A stretch of DNA of 62,683 bases, counting the filler. It is 13 parts of 13 records of this genome, joined end to end, with 100 filler letters (N's around TTAATTAATTAA, not from the genome) between each part and the next. Parts side by side here need not be neighbours in the genome. Positions count along the whole stretch, not along the records: positions 9,498 to 14,207 come from SRR15195285_4234; positions 14,308 to 17,530 come from SRR15195285_4235; positions 17,631 to 24,691 come from SRR15195285_4236; 10 more parts are not named here. One strand, written 5' to 3'. Shown piece after piece: positions 9,498-21,400 of the stretch. The notes below the pieces were generated by a model. That model ran no database searches. It was not told where the DNA came from and saw nothing but the letters and a program-made list of their open reading frames with translations. A program made the translations under genes and the position numbers. Numbering within the stretch: position 1 is the stretch's first letter; each line of letters starts with the position of its first letter.

Positions 9498-12400
9498 CCC
9501 CCCCCTGTGCCCCCCGTCGACGACGTATTCCTTGAGCGTGTCACGGATGAAGGCGCTGGCAAGGTTGAGTCGGAGGAGGACCGCAGGTCGCGCATGTGGA
9601 CCGAATTCAAGGACAAGCACCCGGGGATCAACACCATAGGGGATCTCGAGCAGAGGGCACTTTTCGCTGCCATCGATGCCAAGCGACAGGCGCGAGAGAG
9701 GGCGGAGGCAAAGAAGCATGACCTGGGCGCGTGGTCTGCGCAAGTGTTGGCGAACTGCAGCGCCATCATGAGCGACGAAGCGCGGCCAGACGTCCAGAAG
9801 TGGCTGGCAAGCACGGTGTGCATCAGCATCATGTATTTCGAGACGATCGCCGTGGGAGTGGTGCCGGTGCTCGTGATGGGGTGGGTGATTAAGCAGCTCG
9901 AGTCGAACTCCCAGGCCTTCGTGCTCTGCCTGCTGCCGTACCCCTTTCTAGTCCAGATGATGTTCGCCAGTATCCTGACCAAGATCGACAATACCCGCCA
10001 CAAGCTCTGGATTCTGCCTGCGGCGGAGATCGCTAAGGACTTGGCGCGGAGCACGGATTATGAAGCAAGCACTCCGGGCGGCGCCGCGGAACCTGGCTCC
10101 CCAGACGCACAGGCGGAGCGGGGCGACGGAGGGGAGACGGCGGAGGAGGTAAAGGCGCTGGAGACAGCGACGGCTGACAAGCTGAAGGAACTGAACGTGT
10201 TGCAGCACGGGCAGGCAGAAATGGTCCGTGTGGCAGGCCTCAAGCAGCAAATCGCCGAGAAGGAAAAGGAGCTGGAGTCCTTGCCCACCGACGCAGACTT
10301 TGCACTTGTTGACGCCGTGAAGGCACAGCTGAACGACCTGCAAGAAGCGTTGCAGGACGCAGAGATTGAGGCGCATGCCGCCGAGGCGAACGCTGGACTG
10401 GCGCCTCGCGTCCCTGTGTCTCACAAGAAAACCTGGCGCAAACTCAAGAAGGAGTTGGATAATATTCAGAACTGCAAATTAGGCTGCAAACACATTCTCA
10501 GGGTCGAGGAAGTAGAGGAGGAGGCAATCATTCCCGACCCGGTAAAATTTCCGGCAGAAATGATGCGTACATGGAAGAGAGAGTTTCTGATTCTGTTCAT
10601 CACATTTATGGCAGTCACTGCTGGCTTCGCCTTCTCCAAGTCTGGAAAGGTTGCTCTGTCGAGTTGTGGATTTGCCGAGCTCTATAGAGTACAGCAGAGG
10701 GAAGTCACCTACCGGCTCGTCAGCCACAGCGCCGTCTGTGGCTCTTTAGGCCTCGCTGATCCGAAGCTGTTTGACGCTGGGCGGGTCGCCCGCAAGAAGT
10801 GTGCGGAGATGGCACACGCACAGGGCCTGCAGTTCTTCAACTACGCTTCGGAGCCAAGTTCAACCCTGTGCATAAACGGGGTGCCGACCGATACTGACTC
10901 CGGGCAGACAGATGTTACAACTATCTCACCCAATCCGTGCATGGGTCGTTGCGTTATGGTCAACACGACAGATGCGAGCTGCCCCTCATGCGCGAGATTT
11001 GATTCTTGCGCCCGCGATGAAGTTGTTGGTGGTACTTTCTATGATTCACAGTGGGACATTTTCGAAGCAGTTGGGGTGTCTTCGAGTGTCGACGACTGCA
11101 ACTGTGGTGCAGGCACTGGGTGGTCGACTGCATTAGGTCGTTGTGAAAGCGGTTCCGACACCGATGAAGAAGAGGCTCTGCAATGCATAGAGGGCCCACC
11201 ATTGTACGCCGAGAGCATCTACACGCTGTACATGGCCATGCTGATGGTGTTCATTGTTGGCTATTCGCTTGTTGTGGCGTGGATTGAGCACGACCTTATC
11301 GTCGAGTGCCCCTCTTTCCTGAGGGCTAAAGCAAACGACACAACGCCGGGGGCGCTGCCGTCAGGAAGTGTTATAGTAATTGCCCGGGCACGAAAACCGC
11401 TGGATACTAGCGCCCATGAACAAAACATGAAGAGGTGGCGTGCGGCGATCAACAAGGTATCATATTTGTACTGTGATTTACGCTTTCTATGCTCACGATT
11501 TGCTCTGCGCATACCTTTGCAGGTCGAGGAGATCCAGCGAATGGATCCTTCGCTGCTGCAAGGGATGCAAAGGCATATGCACCCCATGTGGATGACGATG
11601 CTCATGGTGCTGCTGTGTTCATCCTGCATATTCTACCTGTTCTACATCAGGTGCGCCGTCGGGTTCCTCCGGACTCTCCCTGCACCAGCCCAAGTCTTTA
11701 CAACCGCTTTGTTCAAAGACTCGTTCAGACCCTACGTGATCTCTCGTGATGATCCGCCGCGCACCGGTGCGTGTGTGAGCCAGGTATGCTATCGAGCTGT
11801 ATGACCGAACAGTGAACGAGGGTGCAAATCAGTTGAACGAGACAGGCAAGGTGCTAAACCTGGACGACGATCCGTTTTTCAAAGTGTGTGTCCAAGCGTA
11901 CACAGCAGCGAGTGATTCTGATCTGGCAACGTCGCTCGCTGGCAATGCGCAAAATGTGGGCGGAACAACCGCCGAGACCATAGCAGATATCTGCCGGAAG
12001 ATACAGACTCCAGACCTTCTGGCTACCCACTGCTCCACATCTACGTGGGCAGATATCGATTCAAATGCACCGTGGCTGCGCGCGCTTCTAACGGTTTTTT
12101 TGGCGAGCATTATACCTGCGCTGGTCGGTGCCATTGTGGGAGAGGGAATCGAAGCACTGTTCACGCGGGCGTTCCCGGCGCTTAGCAACGACAACGGCTA
12201 CATTCTCTTTTTTCTGAACTTCTTGATCAACTCCAACGTGACTCGCTATCTCATTTTTCAATTCTCGACATCAAGCGGCCAGTCTAGGGAGCTAAACAAT
12301 GATGACTCTTCTGCAATCAACTCTTCTTCGGTCTTCCTCGTGATCTACCTCGCGCTCAATGAACTGTTTCTGAGGTGCGTGAAATGGATCTGCAGAGAAG

Positions 12401-13258
12401 TAGGCCATCATTCTTCTGACGAGGTGATACTGCCTTGTAGGAACACATGGAAGCTGCGGAAAAAGCTGGTCTGTCTCTTCAAGTCAGAATTTCTTGGCGC
12501 CCGTCGCAAGAAAGGGGAGACGTGGGAGGAATACTTTGATTCAGAGTGGAATGAGGGTGGGTTTGCCTATACACTGCCTGGGTCTCACTAGTTACAGTAT
12601 CGCACAGTGCAGACGTTTGGCAGAAGCTGACACGTCTGGTGCTCGTGGTGCAGGTGTTGACGTCCGTGCACAGCTAGACGTTGCGAAGTCCAAGGTTGAG
12701 TGTTGGTCGATCTGCATCATAGCCAGTGCACTCGTGCTGCATGGAGGGCCGTCGTGCTCAATCCGTTCGATTCTGGCGTACCAGGCTATGCAGCTCGCGG
12801 CAGAGTTTTTGACAGACGTTATCTGCGTAAAGCGTAAGCCGCACGTAGACACACACGCTACCAAGTACCATTTGTTGAAACTCAGCTGCAGCTACGCCAT
12901 TACCTGACGCCTGACCACGTGCTGTACGGGCTGCCTACAGGACTGATTAAGAAGAATCTGAACCCCGTCAATGCTATGGTCAGCAAAAACCGTTTGGCTT
13001 CGTATGCAGAACTAGCAGCCTATATGATCGTCGGTACGCCTTGCACCCACCTACCTACCCACACCGTCCACCGCTATTCATCGCCACGTGTCACGACTGC
13101 GTGGCCATACAATTGTCCGCGACACGGTGCAGCTAACCTTACCCACCATCTGCGGTGCTTCAGGCAACGGCTTGATGCTTGTCCTGCCGACTACACAAGG
13201 CTGGGCGATTACACAGACGATCTTTTGTGACAATGCCGACTTTACAGCCATGTGTTAA
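9498..13258 (+). CDS. Large multi-pass membrane protein with coiled coil and Cys-rich extracellular loops; multi-exon, 5' partial, unknown family
   Basis: ORFs 9507-11804 and 11812-12591 plus downstream exons with GT-AG boundaries. Many hydrophobic helices and a Cys-rich segment at about 10720-11190. Probable stop TAA at 13256-13258. Confidence 0.65.
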
Positions 13259-13376
13259 AGAATGAACAGTGGTAGTGAAGCCAGATAAAAATGCCAGAGA
13301 CAGCATCCCAGCTGTAGCGAAAACAAAGCCCGAATTGAGGCACAATACACTCGGCCGCGCGCGCGCGCGCCGTGTC

Positions 13377-14115
13377 TCAGTCATCTCTGATGATTGGCAG
13401 CGTCACAGACAAGACGCATTTCTTGGAGTCGAACTTTGCGTTGCCATTCTTCGGGTCACACGGGTATGGCAGCGGTAGTGGCAGTATACTGCGTAGACCG
13501 TGTAGGCAGGCACCGCCGTCAGCGCCCAGCGTGCACCAAACAAACATTTAGGGGCGTTTAAGTGCTTGCGTACTGCTTCTTGGACTGCACGATCAACTTG
13601 GTTTTCTGCACGTCCAAGTCCAGATCCTTCATCGTTTCACCCGGCAGCTCGATCTTCACGACAATCTCGTTACAGCACGCCGTCCCCGGGTCCTTCTCCC
13701 AGTCGAGGCCCAGAAAGCAGTCCTACACCGCGACAGACCTCCGTCAGTTCGCATGACAACGGCTTCCGACCACGGAGAGCTAGAGGCGTGGTCGGCGGGC
13801 GGTTGAGGCGAACGAGCGGCCTCGCACGTTCGCTGAAACATCCTGCTTGTACAGGATGTCGTACTCAGGGCGTAGCCTCGTATCGCTAGGGTCGATCTGT
13901 AAGCCGTCGTCCGCCGCGACATCATCCTCGTCCCAGATCTCCGTCCGCGTCTGCTCCACCCCCTTCGGCTTGGGGATGATTGCAGTGTCCATCGGCGCCT
14001 TGATCGCCCCCGGTCCCTGGCCGCCGGCCACCGGCTGCCCGCCGTTCGGCAGCGGGCAGTCATCCGGCTGGTTGAGCAGCTTGTCCAGCGCCCCGAAGTC
14101 ACCCGCCATGTTCAT
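13377..14115 (-). CDS. DNAAF6: Dynein axonemal assembly factor 6 (PIH1D3); 3 exons
   Basis: EIWDEDDV...DTRLRPEYDILYKQDVSAN|DCFLGLDWEKDPGTACCNEIVVKIELPG...LPYPCDPKNGNAKFDSKKCVLSVTLPI matches the PIH1D3 pattern. Confidence 0.9.
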
Positions 14116-14369
14116 CGCAAAACCGAGCGACAGCCGCACTCCGCACGCCACTCCTCCAGTTGGCCCGTCCCTACCGTCTCTGCGCCGTCAAACCACAGCG
14201 TATGAGANNNNNNNNNNNNNNNNNNNNNNNNNNNNNNNNNNNNNNNNNNNNTTAATTAATTAANNNNNNNNNNNNNNNNNNNNNNNNNNNNNNNNNNNNN
14301 NNNNNNNCTCTCTCTCTCTCTCTCTCTCTCTCTCTTAGTTTCATCTGTGTCTTGTGTGGTGGCATGGTG

Positions 14370-15495
14370 CGCAGTTGGTCAACCTGTGGCAGTACAGATA
14401 CGGATACAACGGTCAGCGTTAGGCAAGATAGACAGCGAAACTGACTTACTGAGCGCTATCCACCAATGTGCAGAGTCGTTCTTCACGTTGTTTCGCGCTT
14501 AATTTTTCTGTGGCCAGTGATGCGACGCGCTGTGTTGTGCTCGGCGTGGTTGGGCAGGGGAGGCGGGCGTGATTCCCATGAGAATGGACAGCATTGAAGC
14601 GATGAAGTTCATTAATGAAAAGGTGCGTCATCTACTATAGGTCTAGGACTGTGCTGCCTTCAGTGCGCTGCATTTGTGGACTTCAAGCAACGCGCAACGC
14701 AACAGGGCGTTGAGCCTCAGCTGGTTTACATTGACGGAGATCGGCGCTACACGGTGAGTCAGAGACAGCTTCGCCGCTTGATCGAAAATTTTACCACGAT
14801 GCTTAGACTTCACAACGTGTCAAGACTTGCGGCTATCAGTTGGTACACTGTTGTCCTTCGTGCCTTCATCAGTCAGTTTGGTGGTTGGCAGGGGGTCAAA
14901 ACTGATGTAGAGACAGCGTTGTCGCTGTTCCCAACAGCCATGATTTTCGGTGCAGTGAGTCGACCGACAAAGCGTGCTCGCAGCTACTCCTGCCCTTTTC
15001 ATCATGAAGCCTTTTGCTCTGTCACACACTCGTGGGCAAGTGGATGTTCGTTGCTTGGATGCGTGGTACAGACAACGTATGTTGCCGGAGCGTTGTGCCT
15101 GTGTCATCATCACTCACCGTCTGCATTGGCCTGCGTGTATGCTGCATTCACCGCAGGATTACGATCACAGGTGTGTGTATACAACTCCACGCTGTCGGTC
15201 GCACCCTCTTTGTGCACTTTGCCCCAGCCACTCGTGTAGTCTGAATTGTGGACTTAATGTTGGTTCGATAGCGAGGTGAAGCGCGCTGTCGACGAACTCG
15301 CTAAGAAACATCAGCTAGTGCGCGCACTGACGACCTAACAGGATCCTTTTTATCATTCACTGCCATATTGTGTACCTGCATTTCACGTGTTGTCATGGTG
15401 TGTCTGTGCATCGTGTGTGTGCTGTGTGTTTCTAGGATGTGTACGCGGAGGGAGGCAAGTACTGGGTGTTCATGAGTGTATCTGTGCTGACGTAA
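14370..15495 (+). CDS. Class I SAM-dependent methyltransferase (Methyltransf_24-like), intron-rich 3' fragment
   Basis: Short exons can be spliced to LVNLWQYR...VIPMRMDSIEAMKFINEK|GVEPQLVYIDGDRRYT|GVKTDVETALSLFPTAMIFG...EVKRAVDELAKKHQL|DVYAEGGKYW. Confidence 0.62.
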
Positions 15496-15562
15496 GATAT
15501 CACGGATCCAAAATGGAAAAGCAACGTCATATTGAACGTCCAACTAGCGGCGAGCGGTCAGC

Positions 15563-17400
15563 TTAGGCCGGGGATTCCTCCACGCTGATGATCTTCTCAA
15601 CGATTTCCATCGACTCAACAACGTCAACGCCGGCATACTCATCGTCGCTGTCATATCCTTGGGCCGACGTTCGCATTTGCTTTTCCTTGGCATACATCTT
15701 CTGCCATCGCGAGGTGTAGCGCTCCCACTCGGCACGCATCTTCGCTCTGCGCTCCTTCTCTTTGCTGTCCATCGCCGTCCGCCTCTTGATGAGTTCGGCA
15801 TCAAGTTTCTTGCCAATTTCGCGTAGGTTCTTGCGAATGTCCTTGAGCTGGTTTTCATCCAGCGGCGTGGGTGGCCGCGGGCGCCACACGAACTGGAAAA
15901 ATTTCTCCAACTGCTCCGAGTGCAGCTCCACACCTTGGCTTGTGTAGATGTTGTACCCGTTCTCCATCGGCGTCTGCAGAAGCACGCACATCCGAAGTTA
16001 GACAGGAGGGTACGAGCCACGCTGCGGAAACAGCATATGGAAACCAGCAACAAAGCAACCTGCTCGCGTACCGTCTGCCGCAATACGCTGACGTAGGTTG
16101 CGACGTATCGTCCTGTTGGGTCCCACGCTACGTTGGTGCACATGAGATGCTCCTGGTAGCCCATGAGTTCCATGGCGTTGATGTCCCAGAATTCCAAAAC
16201 ACCATTCAGGGCTGGAGACTGCAGGCCGGCGAAGACGCAGAACTGGCCCTGCGGAGCCCAATAGATATGATTGGCCGGTTTCGACTCCAATGTTTCCCCG
16301 ATCTGCTTCATCATCTCCCCGCTCATCGAGTACACACTGATGTCCGGCCGAGCGTTCTCGCCGTGGATGACGATGAACCGCGTGCCGCGCGGCTCCCACG
16401 CGAAGTCAACGATGGGGACGTCCATCTTGAGCACCTCTGTCGGGACATCCTTTTCCGTAACCCGGAAGACCTCGAAGTTGTAGAACTTCTTCGGGGCCTT
16501 GCCCTTCCCGAGCCGTTCTACCATCACGCACAGGTGATCGCCACTCTCTTGCCAATAGATCTTGCAGGTGTTGACGTTGAAGAGGTTTTTCTGCGCCACC
16601 ACTGTGCGTGATGGGAAGTCCATCAGGATCACCCTCGCCGGGCCGCTCTCGGTCTCTGGCTGCCAGTACACCAGCATGTTGGCCGTCGGCGACCAGGCCA
16701 TGTCCTCAACGTCCGGTGCCTTCACGCTCTTCTTGTCCAGGAGCATCATCGGTGGGTCACTCTGCGTGGTGAACACGGAGATCATGTGGTTGCCTGCTTT
16801 GTCCTTGGCGATCCGCGCGATGTATTTCTCGTCGAACGACCACTTGAACTTGCCGAACTTGTCGGCGTTTACCATGTCAGGGAACTCGCGGAGCTGCTTG
16901 CCTGTTCGGACCTCCCAGACGATCGCGCCGCGCTGCGGGCTCCACGTAACCATGTACTTCTCGCCCGGCGAAAAGAGAATGTCCACCACACCCGCCACGC
17001 CGAATTTGCGCAGCTTCTTCCAGCTAGGCCCACCCCAGAGCAAGATGCCCTGGTGGTGAAACGTTGCGAGGTAAGTTCCGTTCGGCGACCACCGCACGTA
17101 CGAGTCGGACCAGCGCTTGGTCTCCTTGATCATCTCCGGGCCCTCCAGCGCGTTGTTCCACAGAACCTGAGTATCATCTGCGACGCGCAACACGAACTGG
17201 TCCCGCGCCTGCTCGTCAAGCATCCAGGACTTGAGGTTCTCCTGCTCCTTGAACTCCTCTAGGGGCGGTTCCACATATTCCTGCTCAGTGTTGATGATGC
17301 GGTTGTAGTCCGCCATGAGGTTCGTCGCGAGGACGTGGCTCTTGTCGAGCTTGAATCCGTTCGCGTTTTTGTTCGCCTTCGCCGCTTGCTCCTGCACCGC
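15563..17400 (-). CDS. EIF3B: Translation initiation factor 3 subunit B, 5' partial; intron about 15976-16070
   Basis: NGFKLDKSH, ENLKSWMLDEQARDQFV, WSPNGTYLATFHHQGILLWGG, KNLFNV, WDPTGRYVAT and FFQFVWRPRPPTPL are characteristic of eIF3b/Prt1. Confidence 0.97.
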
Positions 17401-17630
17401 GTATACACTGGCTGAGGACGGGCGGGCGGGCGGGCGGCCACCGGCTGAAACTACAAGGGCGGCTGGGGGTGCACCGCCGCACTCGCGAGGGGCTGAAGGC
17501 GGCGGGCGCGGGGGGGGGGGGGGGGGGGGGNNNNNNNNNNNNNNNNNNNNNNNNNNNNNNNNNNNNNNNNNNNNTTAATTAATTAANNNNNNNNNNNNNN
17601 NNNNNNNNNNNNNNNNNNNNNNNNNNNNNN

Positions 17631-18379
17631 CGGAGCCAGAGCCAGAGCCGGAGCCGGAGCAGGAACCAGACGTACATTCAGTTCCTGTCTCCTCGGGTGG
17701 CGACTCGCAGCGGCAGCCAAAGGCGCGCGTTTATCACGTCAAAGTCTCGCTGACAAATGTGCGGCGCTTCCCTACCCTCGCTCGCTACAGTCAGCTAGAT
17801 GGCGCAACGCACCGCAAGAAACCGGCCAGCGCACGATACGGCCAACCTTCCAACTGGACTCCAAACATGCGCGATCTGCACAACACTAGGCTGCTACCGC
17901 CGACCGACTACGAAATCATCCCACCGACCTTGGTGTCAGAGAACGCATACTTCGAGCAGCGCATGCGCACCACTGCGCCTGTGGTGGAGAAACCTAAATT
18001 CTACCCATCCAACGCCTCGGCGGCGCGGCAAGACCTTGCCAACTCTGGCTCGGCGTCGTGCCTTCCACCGTCACCGCAGACGGGTCCAGCCTGGGCGTTC
18101 TCCGGCAACCCGCAATGGCAGCCCAGCGTCCGCCAGACTATTGGTGGACAGGATGTGGCCTTCGCGAAGACGATGCCTCCATTTCGGCCCTCTTCAGCTT
18201 CGGCGGCACGCGATCAGATCAAGGGCAGAGTGACGTTGTATTCTGCAGACGACAAGCAACGAGTGCACGAAGCGCGTCGTCAAAAGGAGATGGCAAGGGA
18301 GTGTGCGATGACGTATGCGAACTCTTACACCACAGCCAGTCGGCCGCAGCCTCGACTCAGCTGGATGAAGGCATGGTAG
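17631..18379 (+). CDS. Hypothetical protein, 5' partial
   Basis: 206-aa ORF 17759-18379 preceded by an (EP)n-coding contig start; no recognisable domain. Confidence 0.55.
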
Positions 18380-18485
18380 CGTGCAGGCTATCAGAACATG
18401 CACAGCGTGCAGACGTGTGAGTGAATACAGGAGCTAAGGCGTGGTCGTCGCGACTGACACATATTATCGTTTATTACAATTATCA

Positions 18486-21400
18486 TTACTGTTCCTCGTT
18501 GTGGCCCTCCAAGTAGTATCGCCACGCCGAAAGCTTCTTGTCCACAATCTGGACATATAGACTCGCGTGCGTCACCGGCTCTAGCGTCTCGCCGTCCCCT
18601 GGCGGCTCGGGCTTGTACGCCACGTCGATCGTAACCTTCTTCTTCGCAGCGATCGTCTCTCCCGGCTTGCAAGTAAACGCAGGGTTGTCCGTCAGGAAGT
18701 TGAACTGCATCTGCGAGTCGAAGACGTTCTGGAACTCGATTTTGGTCGAGCCTCCTGATGCCAGAATGTAAGGACCCTGTGGTTGAGGAGCGATCGAATG
18801 CCCGTACATGGCCACGCGGTAAACGCCACCCGTGTCTGACTTGACCGTGAGGTCGCAAGGGAACTCTCCGACCTCGGACGGAGAAAACACGAGCTCGACT
18901 GCCACTTCGACGCCATTTTCGTCCTCTGCTGCCTCTGCCTTGACACTTGACTCCACTTCGAAGTTGGCTGTGTCGGAGATCTCGCACTTGAACTCCGTGC
19001 CGCTGTCCCGCAGATAGGAATGGAATCGGAAGGTCTGTGTCTGTGACGATCCGAGCGGCGTCTTGAAGTGGAGGTCTGGCTTCTCCAAGCCCGCAGGCAA
19101 TGCTTTGAGCTTGAGTGTGTACGGGAAATCACCGAGCTCGTCGCATGAGAACTGCAGCCGCGCATCTGTCTCGTCTTCCAATAGCGGGTTGTAGCTGATG
19201 GGGATCGATGCATCCGAGCGCGGTGCGATTGTGATCTCTTCTGGGACTCCAACGGTCGCAGACTCGCAGCTTGAGGTGAGGGTGACACTCGCGTCGAGCG
19301 GGTTCTCGATCGAGAGTGTGTGCGCGATCGGAGTCCTCACGCGTGTCTCCAGCGGAATCGTCTGCAGCACAACTGAAGACGACACGTTGTATCGCAAGTT
19401 GTAGAACACGTACTCTTGTGTCTTCGGGTTGGTGAAGGTAACCTTGACGTCCGTGGAGCCCTCTTTGAATGCATTGAATGTCATCTTGTACTCTTTCGTC
19501 TGCATGCCAGAAACGTCCAAGTTCGCGTTGTATGTGACAAATGTTGAGGGTTCGTCTGGGCGATCGATGGTGACGGTGAAACGCTGCGTCGACTTCAACC
19601 AGTTCGTCACGCTTAAGCTTTGTGTATGTGGCTCCTTGGCGGCGAGGTCGATCGAGATGGTATCCGAAAGTGGCTCCGGCTCCGAAGCCTGGCCCTTCAG
19701 GCCGTACGTGACTGCCGAGCCGTCAGGCAGCGGGAAGAATATGTAGCCCTGGTGAGGCGAGTCCTCAGTCGTCATGGTCAACGGCTTGTACTGCAGCGTG
19801 TAGCTAGCAGACGACCCAGCCGGGATGTTGAGCATCTCCGCGCCATGCCATGCCTCGTGAGAGATCGACGGCTTGAGCGACCATGACACGTCAGTCGGAT
19901 TCTGCAGCGTCACATCCTTCGATTGTATATTTGGGCATCGTACTGGGCAACTGAACTCCAGGACATCGTTCGTGTCTGGCGCCTGCACACTCTTGCCTGT
20001 GAGCGTTAAGTCGATGGGCTCTGCGCCCTCCACGTTGCACCGCAAGCCTTCCAATCTGATGTCGTCGTTAAGAGCAGTTGGAGAGAATGTGATCTCCAGC
20101 TTCACTTCGTCATTCTGCGGAATAAAACCCTCCGTCGGGAAGATCGAAAAGTTCGCGCCGCGAATGTGGCGAGGCGCGAATTGGTCAGGGTCCCAAGAGA
20201 ATCGGGTACCGATGTCGCCAACATTGCCAATCATCAACTGCTTCGTCACAGAGGAGTTGAGTACGACGTCGCCGAAAATCAATGTTGAGCTCTCCAGCTT
20301 GACGTCGATGCCGACGCCCTGGCCGCTCACCACCAGTAGCTGCTTCGTCAGGCCTCCTACATCAATAAAAAGCTCCTGGTTGAATGCCCGGATGCGCTGC
20401 TGTGGGTTGAAACGTATGTCCAGATTTGTCGACTGCTTCGGCTTGAGCACAATCTCTTGGTTTGGTGTGTACGAGATCGCACAGCCCTCCAGCTTCGCGA
20501 AAGAGCGAGATAGATCGATCGTCGCCTCAACGCCAGTCCGGTTCACAACCTTGACTGTGCGGAAGGCCTCCTGGCCGACGCGCAGGGCTCCAAAAGCAAT
20601 GCTTGAGTGCGCAGCGTTCGCCAGCTCGATGCGCGGCTCTTGACCCTCGCCCTTGATGACAACCGTATGCGTGTACGACCCGTTGATCTCGAACTCCAAT
20701 CTTTCTTCGTATGACTGTACAGCTCTTGGATAGAATGTTACCGGCACCTCCTTGCTCTCGCGTGGCTCCAACACTGTGGGCGAGACCTGCACATCGAGCT
20801 GCTGTGTGCTCTCATAGAAGCAATCAAAGGAGATGTCGTATGTGTCATCGTTCGTGATCTTGAGCACAGCTTTGCGCGGTTCGAGGCCAGATCGGTGGAG
20901 GAAGGTCGGACCGAAGTCGAGGAATGAGAAAGAAAAGTTCAGCAGTGGCTTGCGGCCCGTGCCATTAAGAGCCAGCACATACTGAGAGCCGTTGGCGATC
21001 GAGCAGATCGCCTGGAAGTTCTCCAGCTGAACCTCGTGCAATGGTGAAAACTCCAGCTGGCATGTCTCACGCGAACCCGGCTTGACAGTCCCCATATCCG
21101 GCGTGATGCGAAGGTCCGTGCGCGACAGAGAGTACGCCCATGAGAAGTCGACGTTGTACCTCCCCGAGTTGACAATTACCACTGGACGGATACGCTTCTC
21201 GTTAATGTCAACCTGCCCGAACTCAACGATGTTCGGCACCATTGTGGACAAGTCCATCATTGTGCCATCTTCACCCTCCAGCATCAGCACATCGTGCACA
21301 GAGTACCCCTCACCCTTGATGTTGAGGTTGATGGGAGTTGGCTTCGTCCGCACGACACATGGCAAGTTGAAGTTGTACACCTTCTCCGTGTGCGGACAGA

